From Eledone cirrhosa (lineage: Eukaryota): a stretch of DNA of 64,000 nucleotides. The notes beneath the pieces were generated by a model. The model did no database searches and was not told the DNA's origin. It was given only the letters and a program-made list of their open reading frames with translations. Below are positions 51,541-64,000 of this stretch, one piece after another. The position numbers were made by a program, and so were the translations under genes. Location: positions 106,268,001-106,332,000 of the forward strand of contig OZ024741.1 in the NCBI GenBank assembly GCA_964016885.1, in the 5' to 3' direction. How positions within the stretch are numbered: the first letter of the stretch is position 1; each line of letters begins with the position of its first letter.

Positions 51541-52704
51541 CCTACACACATACTGACAAGCTGATAAGGAAAACTTACCTCTTATTAACCCTAATCCAAA
51601 CCATAAGCGGTAAATAAGACGAGATACTTTCATATTCTTCAAAAGTGGTTTATTGTTAATGATAGATTTCTTTATTTACCATAAAGGCATAAAAAGAAGG
51701 GACAAATACAAAGGGGGAGTTTACATATAATCGAGTAAAAAGGGTGTAACATGTTAATGATAGCCACGAAAATATGTACACAAAAAAAACAAACCAGTCA
51801 GGTTCCATATTCTTAAGATCTTAATATCTGAATCATTTATTAGTACTGATCGACATGACATTACTTGTGACCGGAATCTGACAGGTTTTTTGACTGTCTT
51901 CGATGATTCTAAAATTTACTTTCTTCTACAAATACACAAATTGTAACAACACTGACATTTGTGATTAAAAATATCAAATATTTATTAAGAACTGTTCTGA
52001 TGTTTAACATATACATACATATATACGAGGGTGGTTTTATTATACATCAGAGCAGTTCTTTATAAATATTTGATATTTTAATCACATATGTAAACACCAA
52101 TACATACATATGATCCACCAACAGCATTGAAGGCAATAATATTACTTCCCTGAGGATTCTAAGTGCATGGTCTGTATAATAATATATATGCATATATATA
52201 TAGACTTCTTATATTGTAATTGTACCTTAGACGAAACACTGTGTAAGGGGTAAATGTTGTTTTTTAAATGTATTTTTGATTATATATATATATATATAAT
52301 CAAAAATAAATGGAGAAGGCAATATATATATATAAATAAAATTAGAATTATATTTCTCGCCCTAGCACAGCTGATACATAAATGTAAGTATGCATACGTA
52401 CACACATATATACACACACACATATATATATATACACACATATGTACGTATGGGTTATATCAAACATTGATAATAATATTCGATTCATTTGTAAACAAAT
52501 GGCCTGATGAAGGGTAATGACCCAGAAACATGTTGATTGTTCCTTGATGCCAGTGTTGAACAAACGGATGACGATTTGTCATCGGCACGGCACAGCTTTA
52601 ATCAGGCCGTTTGTTTACAATATATTAATGTTCGATATAACTCATATGTACATATGTGTGTGTGTGTATATATATATATACATGTGTGTGTACATATATA
52701 TATA

Positions 52705-54006
52705 CAGGGTGGGGCATAAAAACTGTTACAAAATAAAATGCAAATAGTTCTTGAAAAAAACATTTATTTCAAGATCTGACTTCAACAAATAGTAAGTAAT
52801 ATACTATTAAACAACTGCCCCAAAATGTATTCGAAATGCTTTCCTCTAGCTCTCACTACTGCTCGAAGACTTGTAGGAAAGTCTTCGATGGCTGCACGAA
52901 CAGTTTCCATGGGTATTTTCTCCCATACTTTATTCAGTTTTGATTTTAGAGTTTCAATATTTTGGCTAGGAGTAGAGCAGGCTTCACTCTCAAGAATTGA
53001 CCATAAGGAAAAATCGAGAGGGTTGAGATCTGGTGATGTCGGAGGCCACTCTTCCTTACTGATCCATGCAGAACAATGGTCTCTACACCACTATTGTGTT
53101 ACGCAAGCAGTGTGGCTCGTCTCCATCTTGTTGGAGAGTCCAAATGTCATCGCTATAAACAGATATGCACCATGGCATCAGTGCTCCTTCCAAAATATTT
53201 TTTATGCAAAGTTCTTTGTTAATTTTAACTCCTTGAGGCATAAAATTCAGAGGAGACTTCCCTCTTTCAGAAATGGCTGCCCAAGCCATCACTGATGCTG
53301 GTTTCCCTGTTCTGAACACTTTTCCTACACTTGAAGGAATTGATTTGAGACTTTTTGCAAGTACTCAATCATTTTGATGATTGTGAGACTGCTGCACAGT
53401 GAATAACTTCTCATCTGTAAAGGTCATGTTTTGCAGCGTGCCATCTTTGATACGGTCCAATAACAGTTTACTTCTCGAGAGCCTATTTTCAATTGTGGCT
53501 GCAGAAAGAAGCTGCCTCTTTTGGAACTTATAGGGTGACATCCCCAGATCATCTCGACATATCCTCCGTATAGTTCTCGGCGATCTTTCTGCTTCTTCTG
53601 CCATTTTTCTCATGGACCTTCTTGGATTACGCCTTATTTTTTCCCTCACACTTTTAACAAGTTTTGGTGTTCTTGAGGTGCGAGGGTGTCCGGATTGAGG
53701 TCTGTCTTTGGGTGTGGAAGTGTCCTTAAATCGATTAATTGTCCTTTTGATCAACATTCTATTGATCTTAAGAATTTTCCCCAGTTTAAATATCTTGGGT
53801 GGAGTCAGGCCTTTTTCATGCTTCTCTATAATGAACTTTCTTTTCAATTCTATGGACATTGCAAATAGTTAATGGAGTAATGTTCTGAAAAATAGTTAAT
53901 ATGGTTATAGTGCATGGATTTGATACAAATATATTAGTTATATTAGCAACATAATGTATTTTTAAATTGATTTAAAACTTTGTAACAGGAATTATGCCCC
54001 ACCCTG
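52705..54006 (-). mobile_element. Full-length Tc1/mariner DNA transposon (maT-like) with a disrupted transposase
   Basis: TIRs CAGGGTGGGGCATAA..TGTTACAAA / TTTGTAACA..TTATGCCCCACCCTG with TA flanks. HTH region, FTDEKLF, VMAWAAIS, LQQDG, WPPTSPDLNPLD; frameshifts and stops. Confidence 0.92.
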
Positions 54007-54097
54007 TATATACATCTGTGTGTACATATATATATATATATCCATACATGCATGGAAAAAAATGGATGTAAAAACGATGGTAATATGTGTGTATGTG

Positions 54098-54148
<51 letters not shown>

Positions 54149-54150
<2 letters not shown>

Positions 54151-54972
54151 ACTATTGGCCGCTAAAGGGTTCTCTCTAAAAATGAAAGGCAGGCTGTATG
54201 ATGCCTGAATACGAACAGCAATGTTACATGGCAGTGAGACCTGGGCATTGTGTGCAGAGGATATGCGCAGACTGGAGAGGAACGAACCTTGCATGCTCCG
54301 CTGGATGTGTAATAGTAATATACGTGAACGGCAAAGCATAAACGAACTAAGGGAGAAATTAGGAATAAGAGGGATCAGATGCTGTTTACTCGAGAGAAGA
54401 CTACGTTGGTACGGTTACGTGATGCACATGAAAGACAGCTGTATAAAAAAGTGCAGGGCGATAAAAATAGACGGTAGCCACGGAGTAAGCAGACCCAGAA
54501 AAACCTGGGACGACTTGATAAATTCCGACGTCACACCTCTCCAAGACAATGTCACTGGACCGAGATCTTTGGCGCTACACAGTAATACAGAAGACCCGGC
54601 TTGCTTAAGTACAAAGCGAAACCTACAGTCAGTAGGCACCTCTAACAAAAATACACCCCCATCCCATTACCCCCACCCCATCCACTACCCCTTCCAATGT
54701 AAAGTTATGTTGGTACCACAACATCCAGTCCGGAACAAATGAGGTCGTGTAGGTGTCACGACAAAAAAACACACAGTCCACGCTGTAATGTGGCCGTGTA
54801 GGTAACACGGTAAAAACCTCCCAGTCCACACTGTAAACGTGCTTGGTGTTAGGAAGGGCATCCAGCCGTAGAAGACCCGCCAGACAGTCCTATACGAGCA
54901 AGACAACCAATCTTGCCTCAAGTGGGAAAATTCCCGTCCAAACCCATGCTAGCGTGGAAGATTGACGTTAGT
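54149..54972 (+). mobile_element. 5'-truncated RTE LINE, related subfamily
   Basis: MLHGSETWAL...RRLRWYGYV, then a 3'UTR with ttaggaagggcatccagc. Confidence 0.85.
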
Positions 54973-55129
54973 GACCCCAGTCCGTATCATCTCATTTCTA
55001 CAGCTGAGTAAACTGGAGCAATGTGAAATAAAGTATCTTGCTCAAGGAAAAAACACATCACCCGGCCTGAGAATTGAACTCACAACTTTTCGATTGCAAG
55101 GCCAATGCTCTAACCACTAAGCCATGTAT

Positions 55130-56510
55130 ATATATTCTTCTTTCTTCTCATGTTTTTTATATATATTTACCTCGGCTGTGTTTGTCTGTTTCTCTCTTAC
55201 TGCTTCCCCGTTCTCTCTGTTTCTCTCACCTTCTTTCGCCCCTCTGTCAGTTACACTTTCTCTCGACTGACCACTTCCTCGCACTTCCACTCACTTACTC
55301 TCTGTTTCTCCCCTTCTCACTTCCTCCCGTTTGGCTTACAGTGGGTCTCTTCTTGCTTACATCTCACTCACGTCGGACGTCTGTACCTTTCGCTCATGAA
55401 ATCCACCCAGTTTATGCTGACCAGGACAATCATGTTGCTTGTTTTTTTCCTTTCTTTGGTTTGCTTTTATCCTTCTATGTTGTTCACTTGTCCCCCTCGC
55501 TTTACGCGATTTACTGGTCCCAATAACTTTTTTTAGTTATTGCTCGCACCAACCGGAGGTATATGATTTTTAATGCGATGAAATACCAATGATGGTTGGA
55601 AAATCACTGACGAAGGACTATTTTTATCATATGTAACCCATGTGCAACCACGCAGTATTCTTCTTTCTTCTCATGTTTTTTATATATATATATATCATAT
55701 CATCATCATCATCATCATTTTTTACGTCCGCTTTTCCCTGCTTGCAAGGGTGGGACGGGAACTGATTCTGGCTTGATTTCTACAGCTGGATGCTCTTCCT
55801 AACACCAACCTCATTTACAGTGAGTGCTGGGTGCTTTTTTGCCATGGCACCTCCACGACCACTTTGCAGTGGAATGATAGGGACCCCAGTCCCTATCATC
55901 TCATTTCTACAGCTGAGTAAACTGGAGCAATGAGACAAGTAAACAACAGGGAAGGAAAGCAACGCAAAGATAGGAAAAAACAAGCAGCATGGAAATCCGG
56001 TCAGCTTAAACTGGGTGGATTTCATGAGCGAGAGAGATATATACAGACCGTCCGGCGTGAGTGAGATGTGAGCAAAAAGAGAACCCACTACAGGCCAAAC
56101 GGGAGGAAGTGAGAAGGGGAGAAACAGAGAGTGAGTGAGTGGAAGTGCGAGGAAGAGGCCAGTCGAGAGAAAGTGTAACTGACAGAGGGGGCGAAAGAAG
56201 GTGAGAGAAACAGAGAGAGCGTGGAAGCAGTAAGAGAGAAACAGACAAACGCAGCTGAGGCAAATATATATAAAAAACATGAGAAGAAAGAATACTGCGT
56301 GGTTGCACATGGGTTACATATGATAAAATTAGTCCTTCGTCAGTGATTTTCCAACCTTCATTGGTATTTCATCGCTTTAAAAATCATATACCTCCGGTTG
56401 TTGCGAGCAATAGCTAAATAAAGCTATTGGGACAAGTAAATCGCGTAAAGCGAGTGAGACAAGTAAACAACAGGGAAGGAAAGCAACGCAAAGATAGGAA
56501 AAAACAAGCA

Positions 56511-56512
<2 letters not shown>
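55130..56512. repeat. Inverted, circularly permuted pair of a ~525-bp repeat unit (possibly Penelope pseudo-LTR derived) around a SINE
   Basis: 55130-55680 is matched in reverse complement by 55932-56512; each copy has terminal redundancy. Confidence 0.8.
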
Positions 56513-56542
<30 letters not shown>

Positions 56543-56546
<4 letters not shown>

Positions 56547-59500
56547 TCATCATCACCACCACCGTTTTACGTCCATTCTTCCATGCTAGCATGGGTTAGA
56601 CGGGTTGTCCTGTTGTGGGCAGTGTCTGGTCGGCTGACCATGCCTTGCTCATACAGGAACTGATTTTGGCTTCATTTCTACAGCTGGATGCCCTTCTTAA
56701 CACCAACCTCATTTACAGTGAGTGCTGGGTGCTTTTTTCCGTGGCGCCTACACGTCCACTTTACAGTGTGGGCTGGGTGCTTTTTTGCCGTGGCACCTCC
56801 ACGACCACTTTGCAGTGGGAGGGTGTGGGGGCATATTGTCTATATGCTTCAGCTTGTACCCATGGGAGGTCGGATACTCTGTATTACTGCGTGACGCCAG
56901 AAGTCACGGTTGTGTGTCATTGCCTTTGAGAGGTGCAACTGGGTAAGGTCGGCCCCTATCACCTCATCCCAGGTCTTCTTGGGTCTCCCCACTCCGCGGC
57001 TTCCATTGACTTCTAGTGCTCTGCACCTTTTTATGCAGCTGTCATCCTTCATACGCATCACATGTCCATACCAACGCATCCGCCTCTCCTGCACACAGCA
57101 TTTGATTCCTCTGATGCTCAGTCTCTCTCTCAATTCATTTATGCTTTGCCGTTCGCGTATATTACTATTACACATCTATCGGAGAATGTAGGCTTCGTTT
57201 CTTTCTAATCTCCGTAAGTCTTCCACCTTCAGCGCCCAGGTCTCACTACCATGTAACATTGCTGTTCGTATACACGCATCATACAGTCTGCCTTTCATTT
57301 GGAGGGAAAAGACTTTTGCAGCTAGCAGTGGCAGTAGCTCCCTGAACTTCTTCCATCTAGTTATTGAACTTTCTGAACACCCAGCTCCGCTGCTAATTCG
57401 GTCACCTAGGTAGCAGAAGCTGTCTACTGTTTCTACAGAACCCTCCCAGAGATTGGTGGTACTTGTTTCCTTTTGCTGCTTGCTGTCCCAGCACAGCTGC
57501 TACATGTGAAGCCTACATTCTTAATTAAGCTTCCTGAGATCCCGCTACATCTCTTGTGTACCCATTGTTTGCATTTGGGGCAGAGAATGGAGTTCCTACC
57601 TACACCTTTCCTACATACTGAGCAAGGCCATTTGCCTGAGGGGATCTGGGTTCTGTTTTCTCGTCTACTTATAAGGACCTTAGTCTTTGTCATGTTGACT
57701 TTGAGGCCTTTTCTCTCTAGTCCCTACTTCCAAGTTTGGAATTTCTTCTCTAGTTCTACCATAGATTCAGCTATAAGTGCGAGGTCATCTGCATACAGGA
57801 GTTCCCATGGGCATCCGGTCTTAAACTCCTCCGTTATTGCCTGCAGGACTATGATGAACAGGAGAGGGCTAAGAACAGAGCCCTGGTGGACACCAACCTG
57901 TACGCTAAATTCTTTGTTATACTCATTGCTAATCCTAACTTTGCTGACTGCTCCCCTATACATGGCTTGTACAGCTTTCACAAGCCATTCATCTACTCCT
58001 AGTTTTCTAAGAGCCCACCAGATTATAGCACGTGGAACTGTGTCAAAGGCTTTCTCCAGATCGACAAATGCCAGGTAGAGTGGCTTACTTTTAGCTAGGT
58101 ACTTTTCCTGTAACTGCCTCACAAGGAAGAGGGCATCAGTGGTGCCTCTTCCTGGTACAAACCCAAATTGCATCTCATCTAGTTTCACCCGGTCCCTAAT
58201 CAACTGTGCTATAACTCTTTCTGTTACTTTCATGACCTGGTCCATCAGCTTTATACCTCTATAGTTTCCTCTATCTAGTGCATCACCTTTACCTTTGTAG
58301 CAGTTGACAATGATGCTACTGCACCAATTTTTTTGGTATGACACCTTCTAGTATTACCTGGTTAACAATACGTGTAGTTATAGTGTGACCTACAGACCCA
58401 GATGCCTTCAGCATCTCGGCAGCTATACCCGATGGACCGGTTGCCTTCCCCATCTTCATATCTTTGATTGCCTTACTTACTTCGCTGCTGCTGACTTGTA
58501 CTGCTGGCCCCTCTATAGGGTCTACTTGGGGTAGGGTCTCTTCTTCCCATGCATTCTCCTCATTTAGTAATCTATCATAATGGCTCTTCCACGCATCTTT
58601 CTTCTCAGCACTTGTGAGGGCAAGCTCACCTTTATCATTCCGGATACACTTCTCTCCAATGACATCACAACTCTCTCTGACACACTGCCTTGCAATCTTG
58701 AACACCTGTTTCTGGTCCTCACGTTGCAAAACATGCTTGAATTTTCTATCCTCTGCTTCCCTCCTAGCTAAGTATACTTGTCACCTAGCTTCCCTCTTGG
58801 TCTCTATGTAATATACCCTGCTTCCCCCATTCTTCCATTTTTCCATGACTGTCTCTTGGCCTTAACTGCCTCCTTTACCTTATTGTTCCACCAACAAGTC
58901 ACTCTCCTCCTGCTTGTGGTCTTACTCCAGCCACAGATCTCATCTGTCGCCTCTAGGAAGTTTTTTTTAGGAACTGCCAGTGCTCTTCTACATTGAATGT
59001 CTCTATCTGTTCTTATTGACTGTCGTAGGCATTGAGTAAAATATCTTTAAATCTGTTACTAGCCGAGGGGTCTTACAGCTTCCAGATCTTTGTTCTCCAG
59101 GTTGGCCTCTGCTTCCAGGTTCGTCTAGTTCTGACCGTGAGGTCGCTGACAACTAAGCTATGTTGGGAGGTACATTCCTCACTAGGGAAGGCTTTTGTGT
59201 TTACGACCGTCCATCTGTCATGTCCTCTGATGAGGATAAAATCTATCTGACTAGAATGCTCCCCTGATCTATAGGTGATCAGGTGGTTGTCGGGTTTTTT
59301 GAAGTTTGTGTTACATATTGACATGTCATTGGCGTCGCAGAATTCTAGAAGTCTGAATCCTTCTTCATTTCTTGTGCCAACCCCATGGCCTCCATGGACT
59401 CGATTGAAGCTGTCACAGTGTTTGCCTACGTGTCCGTTAAAATCTCCTGCGATGATTAGGAAGTCATTGTTGTTTGTTAGAGCAGTAGAGTGCATTAGGG

Positions 59501-60260
59501 ACTCGTAAAACCTATCCTTCAGTTCGTCTGGCAACCCCGATTGCGGTGCATAAGCTGATATTATTGTGGTAATTGTTTTATTCAGGACTAGTCTGAGTTT
59601 AATGATTCTTGCATTTACCCTGTACACTGAGATTACTTTATCTACCCACTTGTCAGTTAGTAGTATTCCTACACCACCCATCCCATCGTCATTTCCCACT
59701 CAGAAAAATTTGTAGCACTGACTTTTTCCTACAAGGACTCTAGCAGACTCTCCTCTCCATCTAGTCTCTTGCACACAGCATACATCAATTTCCTTTCGCT
59801 CTAGCATCTCTTCGATTTCTCCTGCTCTTCCTTTCATTGTGCGTACATTGATGGTACCAACTCGGAGTTTTGGGCATTTGTCAACATTCGTAGGGAAGGG
59901 TCGATTTTTGCAGGGGTGTGTGTGTGCTTCCTGTCTCTGAATTGGAGCTTCACATGGGTGCTTGGTAGCTCGCGGATTCATATTCATTTTCATCTATTAA
60001 TTCAGAGTTCCTCCATTTATTCTCAGCTCATCCATACATAACGGTAGGAAAATTCAGGGCTAGAGGAACAGTGGTGGTGGTAATAATGGCAGGGTGTGTT
60101 GGGCTGGGACGGGGGATGAGAGAGTTAGGTAGTAGTAGAAATGGCAGGGTTTGTTGGGGTTGGTAGTGGGAGGGGGGGCATGCTGAGGTTTGATTGGTCG
60201 AATAGGCTATGGTGGTGTGAGGGGGTGGGCGGGAGTGAAATTGTGAGGTAGGTAGCCATC
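56543..60260 (-). mobile_element. Near full-length RTE-clade LINE (APE, RT, PHD-like finger), disrupted; antisense in GET4 intron 1
   Basis: VGTINV, CVQETRW, AYAPQ, AGDFNGHVG, QIDFIL, SQH; NYRGIKL, FVDLEKAFD, HQGSVLSP, YADD; (GAT)n tail. Several stops and frameshifts; 5' boundary approximate. Confidence 0.93.
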
Positions 60261-60411
60261 ATGGCCTGTAGTATCTCATGGCAAAATAAACCGATAGGAG
60301 TAGATGACTTCGTAGAGACAGCGAAATGATAAATACAACAACTAATAATAGTGTAAGAGAGTAGATGACTTCGTAGAGAGACAGCACGGGAAAAGAATAT
60401 ATATATATATA

Positions 60412-61722
60412 CGAGGGGGGATCAAAAAGTTCTTGGAATTTTTCAGAAAATATTCTATTTTTCAAAAAATATGATTTACCTTCAATTTATTTTTCTACAT
60501 AGTTGCCATCCAGGTCAATACACTTCACAAAGCGATGCTTCCAACTCCGTCAGCCGTCTCTAAAGAAAGTTGAAGGCCTTGTTCGAAGCCATGTGTTGGC
60601 AGTGTTTTTAGTTTCTTCAACACCACTAAAATGGGTTCCTTTTAGCATTTTTTTGAGTTTTGGAAAGAGGAAAAAGTCTGATGGGGCTAAATCTGGACTA
60701 TAAGGCGGGTGAGGAAGCACTTCCCATCGAAATTCTCGAAGAACTTCTTTTGCAACCCGCGCAGAATGCGCTGGTGCATTGTCATGGTCAAACAAGATCC
60801 CACCATGAAGTTTCCCTTTTCGTTTCTTGACTAATGCCTCTTTCAGTTTCCTTAAAACATTTGCATAGTAAGCTCTTGTCACAGTTCTTTGACCTTCAAG
60901 ATAATCTATTAGTATCACCCCATCTGAATCCCAGAAAATGGTGGCCATCACTTTTTTATCCGACTTTTGAGATTTGAATTTGATTGGCCCCCGATGATCC
61001 ACGTAGAAGCCACTGTTTTGACTGCTGTTTGGATTCAGGATCATACTGGTAGATCCAGGTTTCATCTCCGGTGATGATTCTGGTCAGGAAATGCTCTTCA
61101 TCAACTTCAATTTTGTTTAATATCGCCAAAGACAGATCACTTTGAAGAATCAGCTGATCAGGGCGCAACGCTTTTGGGACCCATCGCACTGAAAGCTTGC
61201 TTAGTCCCAAATTATCGTGCAGAATTGAATTTGCCGAACCATATGAAATGTCTAGGGACTTAGCTAACTGATTAACTGTTATTCTTCGATCTTCTTCAAT
61301 TAAAGTCTGAGCAGCCTCAACGTTTGGTCATTTTTTGATGTTCCTAGTCTTCCACTGCAATGGTCGTCTTCAAGGTCGTCTCTCCCTTGTTTGAATCGAT
61401 GAATCCACTTGTAGACAGCAGTTTTCTTTGGAGCAGTAGTACCGTAAACTTTAACTAAAGCCTCCATAATCTGTGTCCCTTTCCATTTGAGTTTCACCAG
61501 AAACTTGATATTCGATCTTATCTCAAAATAACTATTTTCCATTGTTCCAAAAAGAGTTTTTTTTAAAGAGTGTCAGTACTACAATAGTCCGCGCATGTCT
61601 GACTGCAAGTGACTAATAGCAAGGTAAACACCCAATGACAATATTGTGACATGTTTAATATTGTTTTAACCTATTTTTTTCTTACTACGATAAAATTCCG
61701 CAAACTTTTTGGTGCCCCCTCG
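60412..61722 (-). mobile_element. Full-length mariner (DD34D) with a frameshifted transposase
   Basis: TIRs CGAGGGGG.ATCAAAAAGTT / AACTTTTTGGTGCCCCCTCG in (TA)n. WVPKAL, ITGDETW, DHDNAPAH and YSPDLAPSD motifs across three ORF pieces. Confidence 0.93.
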
Positions 61723-62211
61723 TATATATATATATATATATAAAAACATTTTCCCCGATTCTGCCCTGCCCGTCCCTTCAATCTTTCTAATTTCTCATTC
61801 TTTCTTCTGATGAAAGACTAGCGTCCGAAACGTTAAGTCCCTCTTCCTGCTATTTCAAGCTTTAAACTAATATATTCCTTTCATATACTGTACTGATTGG
61901 GTTGTTATTTCTGTTTACCTTTTACATACATATATCAATTTCAAAAACACTGAAGATTCATGTTTTGAATCTTTGGTGCTTTTGAAATTAATATATAACA
62001 GCTCTGCATGTCCCTCATGCATGAGCTTTTAATCAACCAGTAAAGGTTGATTAAACATAAGGAGTTTAACTACTCTAGTTAATATTATCATAACCATAAT
62101 ATTACTACTAGTATTATATATATATATATATAAATATATATTTATATATATATATAAATGCATGCTAGCATGTGAAATGGATGTTAAACGGTGGTGATGA
62201 TAATATATGGA

Positions 62212-62630
62212 GAGAGGGTGGACTTCAAAATGTTGTTGGAAAAAGGACAGTTTGAAAAATCAGTTTAAGTTATGATGTTTATTTTTCAACATATGCTCCA
62301 TCTAGGTCAATACACTTCTGCAAACGTTGATAACCAGCCTTTATGTCCATCTGTGTAAAACTGAGGTCCATGTGATTGAAGCCATGTTAAAGCAGCTTTT
62401 TTTTACATCTTCAACCTCATCTCTTGCACCTCTAAAATGACATCTATTTGTAGGTTGTTGATTTCTTTGGGGCATTGTCCCCATAATCTTGCTCCTGAGC
62501 GTCAACGATTTGGCTGCTCTTCCACCCTAACTTCACCATGAATTTGATGTTTTGATAGAGGCTATGTTTCTCAAGCAGTTGCTGACTTCCGACTGCCGGT
62601 ACCGTGTTGCAACATACATTGAAGGGTTAA
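62212..62630 (-). mobile_element. Internally deleted mariner relic
   Basis: ccatctaggtcaatacacttc...agccatgt resembles 60500-60600. Confidence 0.5.
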
Positions 62631-62711
62631 TGTTAGAACATTATATGTATATATATATATATATAAATGAAAAGTATAGAAATTATTGTAGCAAGAAGCC
62701 AACAGTATTCC

Positions 62712-62714
<3 letters not shown>

Positions 62715-62753
<39 letters not shown>

Positions 62754-62766
62754 GTGTGTGTATGTG

Positions 62767-62805
<39 letters not shown>

Positions 62806-63066
62806 ATGTATATATATATATGTGTGTGTATGTATATATATATATATATATGTGTGTGTATATATATGTGTGTGTGTATGTATATATATATATATGTGTG
62901 TATATATATGTGTGTGTGTATGTATATATATGTGTGTGTGTATGTATATATATATGTGTGTGTGTATGTATATATATATGTGTGTGTGTGTATGTATATA
63001 TATATGTGTGTGTGTGTATGTATATATATATGTGTGTGTGTATGTATATATATATGTGTGTGTCTG

Positions 63067-63099
<33 letters not shown>

Positions 63100-63120
63100 A
63101 TGTGTATATGTATATATATA

Positions 63121-63175
<55 letters not shown>
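62715..63175. repeat. Mixed (TA)/(TG) microsatellite field
   Basis: Read directly; resumes at 63570-64000. Confidence 0.97.
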
Positions 63176-63411
63176 TAAATATACACGGGTGTGTATGATT
63201 GTGTATAGAAGATTATATTAATAAGAGGAATTCCAACTTTGTCTGATTTACTCGTTTTATTTACAATCCTTTAAAATATATATAATGGTATTATAATGAA
63301 ATAGTATGATAGAATATTAAATTCCAAGTGTTAATTGAACAAGTACTTTCATGCTTTCGCAATCTTCAGGTTCATAATATGTGGTGACAGTCAAGTTTGC
63401 AACACATATTA

Positions 63412-63450
63412 TGAACCTGAAGATTGCGAAAGCATGAAAGTACTTGTTCA
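63412..63450 (+). ncRNA. Minimal type I hammerhead ribozyme motif (mirror copy on the minus strand at 63336-63374)
   Basis: UGAAC-CUGAAGA-U-UGC(GAAA)GCA-U-GAAA-GUAC-UU-GUUCA: 5-bp stem I, intact core, stem II, palindromic stem-III loop. Confidence 0.6.
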
Positions 63451-63565
63451 ATTAACACTTAGAATTTAATATTCTATCATACTATTTCATTATAATACCA
63501 TTATAAATTTTAAAGGATTGTAAATAAAACGAGTAAATCAGACAAAGTTGGAATTCCTCTTATTA

Positions 63566-63659
<94 letters not shown>

Positions 63660-63662
63660 GTG

Positions 63663-63695
<33 letters not shown>

Positions 63696-63766
63696 GTGTG
63701 TGTATATATATGTATATATATGTGTGTGTGTGTATATATATATATGTGTGTGTGTGTGTATATATG

Positions 63767-63797
<31 letters not shown>

Positions 63798-64000
63798 ATA
63801 TATGTATGTAAATATATATATGTGTGTGTATATATGTATGTATATATGTGTGTGTATGTGTGTATGTATGTATATATATATATGTGTATATGTATGTATA
63901 TATATGTGTGTGTATATATGTATATATATATATGTGTGTGTATATATATGTGTGTGTGTATATATGTATATATATGTGTGTGTATATATATGTGTATGTG

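Noticed and set aside
60550-61542. SETMAR host gene
   Set aside because: Bounded by TIRs and TA, frameshifted, no SET domain: an ordinary mariner.

Overview
AT-rich eukaryotic DNA, very dense in (TA)n/(TG)n microsatellites and transposons. The repeat landscape (RTE, Tx1/L1, R4/Dong, CR1 and Penelope retroelements, tRNA-SINEs, mariners, a Helitron remnant) suggests a coleoid cephalopod such as an octopus; this is an inference. Three host genes were rebuilt by hand from splice signals and translation: DPH7/WDR85 (minus, three coding exons, continues off the left edge), CDK2AP1/DOC-1-like (minus) and the first coding exon of GET4 (plus). Three observations stand out. (1) In two consecutive DPH7 introns, a sense-oriented Tx1-type retrotransposon ends directly at the 3' splice site, so its tail forms the pyrimidine tract and its AATAAA overlaps the best branch-point motif; one 7.8-kb intron is about 98% two retrotransposons. 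(2) A near-perfect ~170-bp-arm palindrome carries a minimal hammerhead ribozyme fold on both strands, with several decayed relatives elsewhere. (3) Many inverted repeats lie inside introns. Exon boundaries were read base by base; repeat boundaries are approximate, and family names come from recalled motifs, not database searches.
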